Under the pieces are notes generated by a model. It saw only the letters and a list, made by a program, of their open reading frames with translations, was not told where the DNA came from and did no database searches. Below are positions 1-10,095 of a stretch of 64,000 nucleotides of DNA, in pieces; the first letter of the stretch is position 1, and the number at the start of each line of letters is the position of its first letter. Source of the DNA: a virus (Duplodnaviria; Caudoviricetes). The stretch lies in the IMG/VR virus record IMGVR_UViG_3300011724_000025, positions 32,001 to 96,000 of that record. The stretch is one strand, 5' to 3'. A program made the position numbers and the translations under genes.

Positions 1-331
1 CTTTTTCTGCCAAATCGAACAACTGGTCATATGTATCAATTACTACCACCTGTAAATCTTTGTAATCGGTCGTCTTATTATCAATAATATCATCTGTAAC
101 TTCCATAAATTTGGCCCAATCCTCAATACGTTCAGAGACAATATTTGCGATTGCTTCATGCCCATCTTCTTTGCCTACATCAAATGCTAGATATCCTTCT
201 TCTCCTGCAAGAATTTCACATAATTCTTTAATGATTGTAGATTTTCCAATTCCAGATTCACCAAGTAATCCAATATTGTAATGTAAGGGGTTTAAATCAA
301 TTTCAACTTTTTTACCGAATTTTCTAGCCAT
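1..331 (-). CDS. AAA/P-loop ATPase, Sak4/AAA_24-like (partial, runs off the left edge)
   Basis: Manual translation MARKFGKKVEIDLNPLHYNIGLLGESGIGKST...VVVIDT: Walker A and B motifs; GGAGG RBS; directly downstream of an SSB-like gene. Confidence 0.75.
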   Translation of the reverse strand, partial: MARKFGKKVEIDLNPLHYNIGLLGESGIGKSTIIKELCEILAGEEGYLAFDVGKEDGHEAIANIVSERIEDWAKFMEVTDDIIDNKTTDYKDLQVVVIDTYDQLFDLAEK

Positions 332-395
332 ATATCCTCCAATTTAATTTTTATCATCTATTTTATTTTGTGGCGGTATTTTCAACCGCCAATTA

Positions 396-1529
396 TTAAA
401 ACAGATCATCATCATCGACTTCTGGTTCTTCTTTTTCGTCCTCTTTAAAAGGTGGAGTTTCTTTTGTTTCCGACTTCTTCACTACATCATCTAATTTTTC
501 ATCTTTTGCTGGTGCAAAAATCACCTCATCAAATTCAGAAACAGTCATCTCGGTATCAACTAAGCCATCAGCAAAATCCCCAGTCAGTTTAGGATCAAAC
601 AGCCTATATTCGTTAATTCTGTCACCAAAAATGGAACCGGCAGGTCTAAAGTCTTCCAACTTTCTAATTCCTAATTCAACCTGCTCTTTTTGTGCCTTTG
701 TAAGCTGAGATTCATCAAATTCAACTGCTTCTGAACCGTTTAACATTACACATTCCCATAAGAGGTGCTGCATTTTCTTAGCGGAAATATCAACATACTT
801 AAGCTTATAGTCAAGTAGTTTCTTGTGCTTCTCATTGCTTTCATCATATTTGCTTGCATTAAAGACGAAACGTTGCGGGATATACTTGGTTCCTTCATCT
901 TTGTTGATATATTGCTGTACATAGCCATCAATGGTAATTTTCTTTTCTGTTCGCCAATCATCTTTTTCAACGGAGTCCTTGTTATAATAAATATCAGCTG
1001 TAATTGTTAGACGATTTTTCTTATCTTCGTCCACTGCGTAGACATTCTGAATTTTGAATTTATCGTAATATTTATCTTTGTACCATTCTTTTGTCATTTG
1101 CCCAGTAACACAAATCTTTCCTTTGTAATGTGGAAGGTTTTCTTTTATAAACTGAATAGCATCATATGTAGTAAGAAACTCTTTACGACCACCAAGTTCC
1201 TCGCCAAAATCCACTGTTGTTTTTCTGTACGAAGCAACAATTTTAACAATATCTTCATCAAATCTGTCTTTCCATGCGACTTCGATGTCTTCATTATCTG
1301 AATTTTTAGTTCTGATTGTTGCCTGTTCACTTCCAAAGGCTTCAACAAACGCCATATTATTGTCGTTTTCTTTAACACCGAAATTTAAACTAAACGTTTT
1401 GATCTTTTTACCAGTAGGCTTTCCTTTTTTGTCCCTTTCATCAAATTCGCCCTCTTTCACAAAAGGTCTTTTAGCTTCTGCCTTAGGCAGCATAGTAGTT
1501 CCAATAAAATTAAATCTTGTTTGCGACAA
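396..1529 (-). CDS. Putative ssDNA-binding protein (SPbeta YorF-like)
   Basis: 377 aa, very acidic C-terminal tail ending DDDDLF, upstream of the Sak4-like ATPase. Confidence 0.55.
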   Translation of the reverse strand: MSQTRFNFIGTTMLPKAEAKRPFVKEGEFDERDKKGKPTGKKIKTFSLNFGVKENDNNMAFVEAFGSEQATIRTKNSDNEDIEVAWKDRFDEDIVKIVASYRKTTVDFGEELGGRKEFLTTYDAIQFIKENLPHYKGKICVTGQMTKEWYKDKYYDKFKIQNVYAVDEDKKNRLTITADIYYNKDSVEKDDWRTEKKITIDGYVQQYINKDEGTKYIPQRFVFNASKYDESNEKHKKLLDYKLKYVDISAKKMQHLLWECVMLNGSEAVEFDESQLTKAQKEQVELGIRKLEDFRPAGSIFGDRINEYRLFDPKLTGDFADGLVDTEMTVSEFDEVIFAPAKDEKLDDVVKKSETKETPPFKEDEKEEPEVDDDDLF

Positions 1530-1803
1530 ATTATGTCCTCCTTTATATATGTAAAAATATAAAACACTCTATTACTTCAACGCCTGTCTCCAAGCGGAAC
1601 ATAGAAACTCGCTCTATAGTGAACATCTATGTCAAAACAGCTGTTTATGGGCGAACTCTCCCAAGGGTGAGCTATTTTAGCACCCGCACAGATATTCTCT
1701 GTTCAGTTTTTAAATATTTGGGATTTTTGTTGATTAGATTTTATGTAAAAACTTGTTTACCATCTCATTAGCCGCCAAACCAATTTTGATGGGTGTTACT
1801 TAT

Positions 1804-2076
1804 TTATTCTCCACTCGGAACCATAGATATGACATAACACCATGGAAGCAATAGATATTCTCCATTATCCGTAAGGAAATGAACTTGACCAGTCCCCATA
1901 CCATTCACATTTACAAGTTTGACGTGGATATACCGATGTAAAGATGCATCTTTCAAATCATGTTTCCCTGCTCCTATGTAATTGAGTTGGCTCTTATTTT
2001 TCAACACTTCTAAGTCATAAAACTTTTCCATCATTCCGTCCATCATGTCTCTCATAGCCTGTTTTTCATCATTCAT
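1804..2076 (-). CDS. Hypothetical protein
   Basis: 90-aa ORF with AAAGGA RBS. Confidence 0.6.
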   Translation of the reverse strand: MNDEKQAMRDMMDGMMEKFYDLEVLKNKSQLNYIGAGKHDLKDASLHRYIHVKLVNVNGMGTGQVHFLTDNGEYLLLPWCYVISMVPSGE

Positions 2077-2124
2077 ATACTGTATCCTTTCTCCATTAAA
2101 ACAGGAATTTTAATACCTTATTTT

Positions 2125-2214
2125 CTATTTACCTTTCCGCCTACCTGTTGAATATCCAAGTAGATAGCAACAGGCAAGACAAATAATAAATACTCCGATG
2201 TTTAGTACAATCAT
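2125..2214 (-). CDS. Small single-pass membrane peptide (29 aa)
   Basis: MIVLNIGVFIICLACCYLLGYSTGRRKGK, AGGTG RBS, last gene of the ABC operon. Confidence 0.5.
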   Translation of the reverse strand: MIVLNIGVFIICLACCYLLGYSTGRRKGK

Positions 2215-2222
2215 ATTTTCAC

Positions 2223-3827
2223 CTACTCAATATTTTTGAATGAAATATCTGTTCTTCTGTTCATAGCTCTATGTTCTTCAGTATCATTTTCTACAACTGG
2301 CTTGCTTGAACCATTTCCAATAACAATAATTCTATCAGCGGAGATACCGTTCAAGACGAAATACTGCTTAACTGTTTCTGCTCTTTGCTGAGACAACATC
2401 TTATTAGCCACATCATCTGGATCAGATGTTGGATTGGGATCTGTGTTACCGGCAATCTCAATAATTGTTCCATCAAGCACTTTTGAAATTTCAATAAAAT
2501 CATTTAACGTCTTTGTGGCTTCGGCAGAATCTGTAAACTTTGCGGTATTAATTATGAAGTTAACAGACGTAGATTTCTGTAATAATGCTACTGTATCTAA
2601 CACATCTTGCCTATTCTCTTCTGTCACAACAACTTTGGCATCTGTTGATGTGATCTCACTTGAATCGTATTTATCAGCTAGCTTATTGATATATGTGTTG
2701 TCAAAAACCGTATCAATAAGTTCTTTGTTTACTGTTTCTCCAATAGATTCCCAAACAATACACATATCTGAATAAATTGTTTTTGCAGTACCATTAAGAA
2801 GATTCAAGTTGTCTGCATATGTAGTGAGCTTTGCAGACTTGCAATTATCTAAGATATCCTGGTCAGAAGCAGTTGAAAACATAGGCATAACAGTTTTAAT
2901 AGTTGTGGTGTCTGTTTCGTATAAATCTGAGGCCTGTAATGCACCATCGATAAAAGCCGAAACTACATCTGGATATTTCTCTGCAAACTCCTTATTGAAC
3001 AAAATACCATCCATAATTAAACTTGAAGAACTAGACGTGCTAAATAAAATGTGGGCATCTGACATATTCTGTGCCTGAGTTAAATACGGTTCCCACGTAG
3101 CTGCAACATCAATTTGTCCTGCAAAAAATGCCTTAGCTGCTTCATCAGGTGTCTCAAATAATATCAAATTACTAATAATCTTACTCTTATCAGACTCTGT
3201 TAAATCTGACTGATTAACAAACCATACTACAAGAGAATGGGCTTCTGAAAACTGTGGTACTCCAATCTTTGCATTTACCAGATCTCCAACTGATTTGATT
3301 TCTGATTTTGCAATGATACCATCACCGCCATTTGAGAAATTAGTCACATAAGGCATAATTACTTTAATGCCAGCGTCAGTGAACTTTTTGGATAAAAATG
3401 CTGTTCTGTTGATGGTATAACCGGCAGCATCAATCTTTCCACTGACCATAGCATTACTTGATTGTGTTGCGTCATTAATAATACTGATATTTACATTGAT
3501 ACCAAGCTTATTGTAGATTGATCCATCTTTAGTAGAAAGCCCTCCGTTAGCATCAATAATGCTCTTCCAACCGATCCATTCATCAAGAGATAAGTTAATT
3601 GTCTTATTATCGTCTTTCTCTGTATTAATTACATTTCCATCACTATCTGCCGACTTGTTTTCAGCTTCATCTTTTACCTTTTCGGTTGTTGCCACATCTT
3701 TGTTTGTTGTAGTCTTAATCAAGCCACTGTTAATTCCGAAGAAAATTCCTCCTCCAATTAATGCCATTACCACTACAAGCAATAAAATCTTTGCTGTTCT
3801 CGTTAATCTAAATCGTCTTGAACTCAT
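2223..3827 (-). CDS. Membrane-anchored ABC substrate-binding protein (SsuA/NMT1-like) fused to an OmpA-like C-terminal domain
   Basis: N-terminal TM helix; SNGGDGIIA and DVAATWEPY motifs; C-terminal IEIAGNTD...LSQQRAETVK...NRRTDI OmpA/MotB peptidoglycan-binding signature. Confidence 0.85.
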   Translation of the reverse strand: MSSRRFRLTRTAKILLLVVVMALIGGGIFFGINSGLIKTTTNKDVATTEKVKDEAENKSADSDGNVINTEKDDNKTINLSLDEWIGWKSIIDANGGLSTKDGSIYNKLGINVNISIINDATQSSNAMVSGKIDAAGYTINRTAFLSKKFTDAGIKVIMPYVTNFSNGGDGIIAKSEIKSVGDLVNAKIGVPQFSEAHSLVVWFVNQSDLTESDKSKIISNLILFETPDEAAKAFFAGQIDVAATWEPYLTQAQNMSDAHILFSTSSSSSLIMDGILFNKEFAEKYPDVVSAFIDGALQASDLYETDTTTIKTVMPMFSTASDQDILDNCKSAKLTTYADNLNLLNGTAKTIYSDMCIVWESIGETVNKELIDTVFDNTYINKLADKYDSSEITSTDAKVVVTEENRQDVLDTVALLQKSTSVNFIINTAKFTDSAEATKTLNDFIEISKVLDGTIIEIAGNTDPNPTSDPDDVANKMLSQQRAETVKQYFVLNGISADRIIVIGNGSSKPVVENDTEEHRAMNRRTDISFKNIE

Positions 3828-3841
3828 ATATAAAAATCTCC

Positions 3842-4579
3842 TTATTTATTATATTTTTTCTTTAAACTCTCTAAGTAGTCATCACTATGTAGTTTCTTCG
3901 CTTCTTTCTCGGCTCTCTGTAGTTTCGTAGACATTTTACTATCGTGAACTACTTTTGATCCCTCAACAATAGCATCTAAATCCTTATTTTTATCCCTTAC
4001 AGAACTAAGTAGCTTGTCGGTTGCTGAAACGTTTTTAAGCTCGTCCATATCGTCATAGACTTCCTTCAATTGTTTCTTCACCTTCATATTCTCCACAACT
4101 TCCTTACTTTCCCGTTTTAATTTGCGAAGATTTCTTTCACACATTTCCTGTGCTTCCTTTGCTGTACTGGTAGCTACGTCATACGCCTTAATCAATTCTG
4201 TATATCTTTTGATGTCTGCCAGTATATCTTCTCTCTCCTCTGATTTCAACTGAGCCATATCAACTTTGCCAGATTTTACAAGAGCTTCACATTCAGACTC
4301 TACTCTCACAAGTTTATTCTTTAGACCCTCCATGTCTCTTTTAGCATTACTCAATTTCCCAGCGGCCACTTTCAACGCATTGTCAGCTTTATTGTATGCG
4401 TCCTGGGCTTCATCAATTTTTTCACCATAGATAGCCTCTGCTCCCTCTGGTGTAGTCGCCATGTCCTTAATAAATAATCTCGTAATTCCCTTAAATAACA
4501 CTCTTGCTTCCGGAAATAAAATGAGTATAAGGACAAACAATGCAACTGCAATAATGATAATTAGTTTTGTTAACTCCAT
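3842..4579 (-). CDS. PspA/IM30-like coiled-coil protein with N-terminal TM
   Basis: TM helix followed by a long coiled coil of PspA-like length and pattern (TPEGAEAIYGEKID...). Confidence 0.55.
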   Translation of the reverse strand: MELTKLIIIIAVALFVLILILFPEARVLFKGITRLFIKDMATTPEGAEAIYGEKIDEAQDAYNKADNALKVAAGKLSNAKRDMEGLKNKLVRVESECEALVKSGKVDMAQLKSEEREDILADIKRYTELIKAYDVATSTAKEAQEMCERNLRKLKRESKEVVENMKVKKQLKEVYDDMDELKNVSATDKLLSSVRDKNKDLDAIVEGSKVVHDSKMSTKLQRAEKEAKKLHSDDYLESLKKKYNK

Positions 4580-5112
4580 TACTCCGCTCCTCCAATGAAT
4601 TTAATTAATTCTGAGATTCTTGCAATTTCTGCATTAATGTTTGTTTCCGATACTTTAATCTCATTCTGTTTCTCCGATATCTTCTTTTCTAAATCAGCAA
4701 TTGCTTTCTTATGAGCTTCTATTTCAGTCTCATTATTACTGATTTCACCCTTACCATCTGAGATAATTTTGGACAAAACTCCACTCAAAACACCGACTCT
4801 ATTTTCTCCATCTAATCCCACATCAGTTGTTGTGAGTCCAAAACTACTCAAAATCGCAAGTACACTTGCTTTCTTTGTTTCTGTTACCATTTCTTTGGGA
4901 AGTGAATTAATTAACTCCTCAACCTTAAAAATTGATTTCTTTCTGTCAAACAATTCATTCTGCAAATAAATGTCCTCAATCAAGGTATCTGTATTTACTT
5001 CTTCAAGCTCAACATCTGCCTCCGTGGAAGATTCATATGTATCAATATCTGATTCACAATATACATCTTCCTGGGGAATCTCCTCCATAAACAGCTTTTT
5101 TAATAAACTCAT
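4579..5112 (-). CDS. Hypothetical coiled-coil protein
   Basis: 177 aa, begins MSLLKKLF, translationally coupled to the next gene. Confidence 0.7.
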   Translation of the reverse strand: MSLLKKLFMEEIPQEDVYCESDIDTYESSTEADVELEEVNTDTLIEDIYLQNELFDRKKSIFKVEELINSLPKEMVTETKKASVLAILSSFGLTTTDVGLDGENRVGVLSGVLSKIISDGKGEISNNETEIEAHKKAIADLEKKISEKQNEIKVSETNINAEIARISELIKFIGGAE

Positions 5113-5126
5113 TCAATATTCCTCCT

Positions 5127-5738
5127 TCATAGATTTATAATCACATCACACACTTTTTCAGCTTCTTCTTTACTATGTGTGACCATAATTATCGTGTTGT
5201 TTGTTTCTCTGTGTGTCTTCATGATTAAATTCTGCATTTCTATTCTTGTTTTCTGATCTAAAGCAGATAACGGTTCGTCCATCAATACGATTTCAGGTTT
5301 CATGAATAATGTCCTAGCAAGTGCCAGCCGTTGTCTTTGCCCTCCCGATAATTGTTTAGGATATCTTGCTTCATTACCAGATAGTCCAACCTGTTTAACC
5401 ATCTCTTTTGCCTTCAATATGTCATTCTCTAAAACCTTCTCTTTTATCTTCTTCGCAATTAATACATTTTCCAAACACGTCAACCAGTCAAAAGAAGTAT
5501 AATTTTGATGAATCATATATACATTGTTTTTATTAGCCTTGCTAACAGGAACTCCATCAATTATTATTTCTCCACTTACAGGTTTCATTAATCCAGAAAT
5601 CGTTCTAAGCAGAGTAGTTTTACCACAACCAGATTCTCCTAAAATTCCATATATCTTATTGTCAAATTGATAATCAAATCCTTTTAGCAATGGTTTGTCT
5701 CTGCTATATCCTGTATAAACATTGTTCAACTCAATCAC
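5127..5738 (-). CDS. ABC transporter ATP-binding protein (SsuB/TauB-like)
   Basis: GESGCGKTT, LSGGQRQR, LMDEP and H-loop motifs. Confidence 0.95.
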   Translation of the reverse strand: MIELNNVYTGYSRDKPLLKGFDYQFDNKIYGILGESGCGKTTLLRTISGLMKPVSGEIIIDGVPVSKANKNNVYMIHQNYTSFDWLTCLENVLIAKKIKEKVLENDILKAKEMVKQVGLSGNEARYPKQLSGGQRQRLALARTLFMKPEIVLMDEPLSALDQKTRIEMQNLIMKTHRETNNTIIMVTHSKEEAEKVCDVIINL

Positions 5739-6477
5739 CTAAGTACCTCCATTTAAAGATTGTTCTTACAAGTTTCTTCGATGCGGAATCAAATAGAACA
5801 CTCAACATCATAATTACAATGATTGCCATAAAAACCATGTCAGTTCTGCCTCTTGACGAAGACTGTTGTATGATCCAACCAAGTCCATGTTTTGCATTAA
5901 TCGTTTCCGCGATGGCTATATATGTAAATCCAATCCCATACATCATAATGAAACTGTTTAGTATGCTTGGTAAGGAAGCTGGTAGTTGAATTTTGTAGAC
6001 CGTTTGGAATTTACTCATTCCTATGGTAATTCCCGTATCTATCAAATCAGGATTAACTTCATTCAAACATAAAATTACTGAGGGCATCATATACACAAAA
6101 GTTGCAAGAAACAAAAAAGCTATTTTCATCATTTCGTCGATTCCAAACCACATAATCAACAGCGGATAAAATGCTGTAACCGGCAAATACCTCATTATAT
6201 TAATTATTGGATTTAAAATGTCTTTCACAATTTTCACATTATATATCAACAAGGCAATTGGGATTGCTACCAGAGCAGACAAAAGTGCAGCAAGTGTAAC
6301 TCTTAGAAATGAATACTGTATTGCAATAAATATTTCTCCATTATTTATGAGAATCCATAGATTTTGAAACACCACCTTTGGTTTAGGAACAAAAACCCGA
6401 TTTGTGTACCATGAGCATACTTCCCACATAACCAATATGCAAAGCAAAAGCAATACTCTTTTAATTACTATTTTCAC
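5731..6477 (-). CDS. ABC transporter permease (SsuC/TauC-like)
   Basis: Multiple TM helices, EAA-like loop and AETINAKHGLG motif. Confidence 0.9.
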   Translation of the reverse strand: MKIVIKRVLLLLCILVMWEVCSWYTNRVFVPKPKVVFQNLWILINNGEIFIAIQYSFLRVTLAALLSALVAIPIALLIYNVKIVKDILNPIINIMRYLPVTAFYPLLIMWFGIDEMMKIAFLFLATFVYMMPSVILCLNEVNPDLIDTGITIGMSKFQTVYKIQLPASLPSILNSFIMMYGIGFTYIAIAETINAKHGLGWIIQQSSSRGRTDMVFMAIIVIMMLSVLFDSASKKLVRTIFKWRYLGD

Positions 6478-6748
6478 TTTTCCTCACCTGCCTTCTCCTT
6501 TGATATTTCGTAATTCTTCTTTGCTGATATTCTCTGTTCCACCCAAAATTTCTTCTACGAACATTACCTTTAAACCAAAGGACCTGTAACGGATTTAAGT
6601 GTTTTTCAACACCAAAGTCATAATCGTATTCTCCATCAGACCATAGAAAATGTGGAACAAAGAAAAATGATTCACCATATTTAGGCCTGATATATGTAAG
6701 TTTAACTTTTGATGGATTCCTGATTTTGTGCAGCATAGCTTGCACCAT
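6461..6748 (-). CDS. Hypothetical protein
   Basis: 95-aa ORF with AGGAG RBS overlapping the permease start. Confidence 0.45.
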   Translation of the reverse strand: MVQAMLHKIRNPSKVKLTYIRPKYGESFFFVPHFLWSDGEYDYDFGVEKHLNPLQVLWFKGNVRRRNFGWNREYQQRRITKYQRRRQVRKSENSN

Positions 6749-6881
6749 ACAATTTGAATAGAACTCCTTTGTTATAATCTCTGTCGATTTATTTCACCTC
6801 CACTTTTATATTCTCCATTAAAATCGAAGTTTTATCCTTTTACTTTTAATCCGTATTAATATTGAAACTATTTATTATTCA

Positions 6882-7646
6882 ATGTATAATTACTTATATG
6901 TACAAGAAAGGAGATATGTTATGACTCGTATAAATCCAAATTTATTAAGTAGTGTCAATAATTATAGAATTTCAATAGAAACGGAAATTGTGAATTTTTA
7001 TAGTTTTTTGTATTCACAGAAAAATATTAACCTCTATCAAACTCCAAATTATAGACTGTTTTCATTGATTACAGAAAACATTAGAATGAACCTTGTGTAC
7101 CTTGAAGTATTGAATCCAGAAACTAATTTCCTCGGTTTAACTGGTTTATACAGAAATATAAGAAATTCCATCGAATCGTATTATGATCTTTTTAATTTAA
7201 CTTGTGATGAGTCATATTTTAGTGTATTAAAATATTATTCAAATTGTTTACAGCATAATGAACAAGATGTTAATATTATTAAGACCACTTACAAAAATAT
7301 TTTAACTACAAATAATGGTATAAATAAATTTATTAACACAAAAACCAAATCACGCATTGCTAAAGAAAAATTTAATCTAGATCCTAATATATTTGATACG
7401 TTAAAAGAAATTGGTATAGAAAGCAATAAATATGTCCATCCGGATATCTTCGTTAGAGAAGATTGCATTGAAAATACAATTAAGGAATTAGTATATATAG
7501 ACTGCTGTCTATTGAAATTTTCTTTCGATTTAATTATTCATTACGCACACAGAACAACAGGATATTACTCACCTTTAAACACTACTGATTTATTACATCA
7601 GCTGAATGTATTTACTATTCGAACTCAACCAATAATAATTAATTAA
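6882..7646 (+). CDS. AT-rich moron gene, possibly DUF5677/HEPN-like (likely start 6921)
   Basis: Opposite strand with its own TATAAT and AAAGGAG RBS; R-x3-E (RNSIE) and SNKYVH motifs reminiscent of DUF5677/HEPN. Confidence 0.5.
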   Translation: MYNYLYVQERRYVMTRINPNLLSSVNNYRISIETEIVNFYSFLYSQKNINLYQTPNYRLFSLITENIRMNLVYLEVLNPETNFLGLTGLYRNIRNSIESYYDLFNLTCDESYFSVLKYYSNCLQHNEQDVNIIKTTYKNILTTNNGINKFINTKTKSRIAKEKFNLDPNIFDTLKEIGIESNKYVHPDIFVREDCIENTIKELVYIDCCLLKFSFDLIIHYAHRTTGYYSPLNTTDLLHQLNVFTIRTQPIIIN

Positions 7647-7727
7647 TTCCATAATGCTTGAAAACTACGTGTTAATCAAAGTAATCAATTGAAAGACGTG
7701 TTTCAATTCTCTCCACCTACAGTAATT

Positions 7728-8123
7728 CTATATCTTTTCTAACACACATGCGTAATCAGCTCTGATCACTACGTCATCAATTTTTTGATTAATACCTTTT
7801 ACTATGTTCCACCGATAAGGACTGATATCTTTATTAAGAAATTCTGCTAATTCATCAATTTTTTTTTGTTGTTTGTCTGCATCTGATGAGTGTTTCATTT
7901 TATTAATATCGAAAACTGCTTGTTTAGCAAGTTTGTCCGATATAAGATATTGCTCTTTAGCTTTAACGTACTCATAAATATATTTAGAAATATTTTTCAC
8001 ATTATCCTGTAATACCCTTTCTCTACTTAAGCTGTATGGGTAAAGTACGACTATTCTTTGGTCATAATGTTCTATGCCTTCTATGTACGTATAGCATAAA
8101 TCCTGAATCAAATTGATTTTCAC
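7728..8123 (-). CDS. Hypothetical protein
   Basis: 131-aa ORF with AAGGAG RBS. Confidence 0.65.
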   Translation of the reverse strand: MKINLIQDLCYTYIEGIEHYDQRIVVLYPYSLSRERVLQDNVKNISKYIYEYVKAKEQYLISDKLAKQAVFDINKMKHSSDADKQQKKIDELAEFLNKDISPYRWNIVKGINQKIDDVVIRADYACVLEKI

Positions 8124-8163
8124 CTCCTTTCATAAGGACTTGAAAGTCGCATTTTCTTGGTAT

Positions 8164-8763
8164 TTAAAAACTATCTCTAAAACTCTGCAACCACATATTT
8201 CTCTCATTTGTTCTCTGAACTTCGGCTTCGTAATTAGCTTTTGCTCTCTGTGCAGCGGCCTCACACACGGCAATATTATCTTTAATGTAATCTTCTGGCA
8301 TAATTTCAATATGTATTCTTTCTAATTCTTTGTTGTAATAATCAGTATAATCATGGACACACATATCTATCTGCTCTAAAGCAAATTTTTTAAGGCCTAC
8401 ATGCTCAGATGTGGGAGGAACCCATTTTTCAACTTCATTCCGGACTTTGAGATACTTTACTTTTATTTCTTCATTTTTCTTAATGTGCTCTACAATACTT
8501 TCTTCTCTGTTTTTTCTATCTAATTTTATTTTATTTATAGCTGCCTCATTTGTTAAACTCTTTGCTCTTTCTAATTCAATCAAGGCATCTTCATATCTTT
8601 GTTTATAATAGGTGTCTGGTTCGATTTTTTCAGGGATTGGCATTAATAATGAATCTTCTCTCATGTCAGCACATACTCCAAAATTACGACAGCACAATGT
8701 TAAAAAGTCTTTTCCAGTAGTTATATTTCCATCTTCAATATAAACTGTATATCCAGTTGGCAT
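8164..8763 (-). CDS. Phage hypothetical protein (MPTGYT N-terminus)
   Basis: 199 aa; MPTGYT...CCRNFG start resembles a common phage protein type. Confidence 0.7.
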   Translation of the reverse strand: MPTGYTVYIEDGNITTGKDFLTLCCRNFGVCADMREDSLLMPIPEKIEPDTYYKQRYEDALIELERAKSLTNEAAINKIKLDRKNREESIVEHIKKNEEIKVKYLKVRNEVEKWVPPTSEHVGLKKFALEQIDMCVHDYTDYYNKELERIHIEIMPEDYIKDNIAVCEAAAQRAKANYEAEVQRTNERNMWLQSFRDSF

Positions 8764-8783
8764 TTTACTTTTCCTTCTTTCTT

Positions 8784-9512
8784 TTAATAATCCACATCGA
8801 ACGAATTATCTATGTCATCCGTATCTTCAACGTCAATAATAATCGGAAGCTCATTCATTGAAGCCTGTACCAATATCAATTCCACATCATTCAAGTTTCC
8901 AAATTTGAACTTCTCTTCAATTTTATGTCCATCAAGATACAATGAGAGAACCTTTCCTTTTGTCTTGTCGTTATAATCCCTATGTATAGTAAAGGCAATT
9001 TGGCTGTCTCCTCTATATCTATGGTTGCCAGTATTCTCGTAATCAAGCTCACAATCAAGCCAACCGTATTCACTTAATTCACATTTACAATGCCATCCAT
9101 CTTCACAGCGATCATATTTATCCTGTTCATTCACATTTTCACACGCAATCTCTCGGAATCTCTTAAAAATACTGGATAACTTAATTTCCTCTGTCTGGCA
9201 CAAGAATAATTCCTTGAATCTCTTTGCTGCCTTTTGACAAATATCTTCTCTGCAAGTTTCATTAATAATCTGTGACATCTTTTCTATCATGAAGCTGTTG
9301 TATGACTGGAAATCTAAATCAGCAACAACCTTTGATACCTGCTCGGTCATCTTCTTTTCAATTGTGTTTCGTAAATTATAGCTATCAAGAGAATCCGTTA
9401 CTGCCTTAATTACTGCTTTTTCAAATGTTTCTGTAATAGCTTTCTCAACTACACCTTCTGATTCAAGACTGTCTATTTTCTTTTGTACAATATCAGTTAC
9501 ATCTATTTTCAC
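8784..9512 (-). CDS. Hypothetical phage protein
   Basis: 242-aa ORF with GGAGG RBS. Confidence 0.75.
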   Translation of the reverse strand: MKIDVTDIVQKKIDSLESEGVVEKAITETFEKAVIKAVTDSLDSYNLRNTIEKKMTEQVSKVVADLDFQSYNSFMIEKMSQIINETCREDICQKAAKRFKELFLCQTEEIKLSSIFKRFREIACENVNEQDKYDRCEDGWHCKCELSEYGWLDCELDYENTGNHRYRGDSQIAFTIHRDYNDKTKGKVLSLYLDGHKIEEKFKFGNLNDVELILVQASMNELPIIIDVEDTDDIDNSFDVDY

Positions 9513-9697
9513 TCACAAACCTCCTCTAATCTATATACTGAATTTCTTGTTACAACTACTAATTCTCTATTGTTCTCTACAAATGATTCAATCAATGATG
9601 TTCTAATCATTCTTCCGGAATCATTGTTCCATAATAAGCAAAACCTCGTCCCAACCCCTATTAACTCCGGATACAAAACCTCACCACATGTCATCAC
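9509..9697 (-). CDS. Hypothetical protein (true start probably further upstream)
   Basis: RTSLIE...TRNSVYRL motif; stop overlaps the next start. Confidence 0.5.
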   Translation of the reverse strand: MMTCGEVLYPELIGVGTRFCLLWNNDSGRMIRTSLIESFVENNRELVVVTRNSVYRLEEVCE

Positions 9698-9822
9698 AAA
9701 TATCCTTCATTTGGTCAATCGCATCTTGCTTAATATTTCCGCCTCTGTCAGTTACAGATGTAATTTTATAGAGTTTCCTCCCCATATTTCATCTTTCAAT
9801 CCATATGAAATTTACGTTTCAA

Positions 9823-10095
9823 CTAACATATTTCTAAAATGCTTTTTAGAATATCTAACGGCATATAGTTAGACATAAAGTCAATTCTCTCCCCATACTT
9901 CTTTTCATATAAATTAACATCTTCAATAAGCATTGCCTGACTATTTTTTATTTTCTCTAACGCTTCTCTCTTCTCCTTTATAAATACATCACGCTCTGTC
10001 AATTTTTTGTCATGTGCTAAACAACCATCTTTCTTTAAAAACTTTGTACCATCATTTGCTACATAAACTACTTCTTCTCTCATAATTTTCTCCAT
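9823..10095 (-). CDS. Hypothetical phage protein
   Basis: YVANDGTKF motif typical of small phage proteins. Confidence 0.6.
   Translation of the reverse strand: MEKIMREEVVYVANDGTKFLKKDGCLAHDKKLTERDVFIKEKREALEKIKNSQAMLIEDVNLYEKKYGERIDFMSNYMPLDILKSILEIC

Noticed and set aside
746-5989. Short alternative-frame and antisense ORFs over the SSB and ABC genes
   Set aside because: Shadow ORFs of longer motif-bearing genes, without RBS
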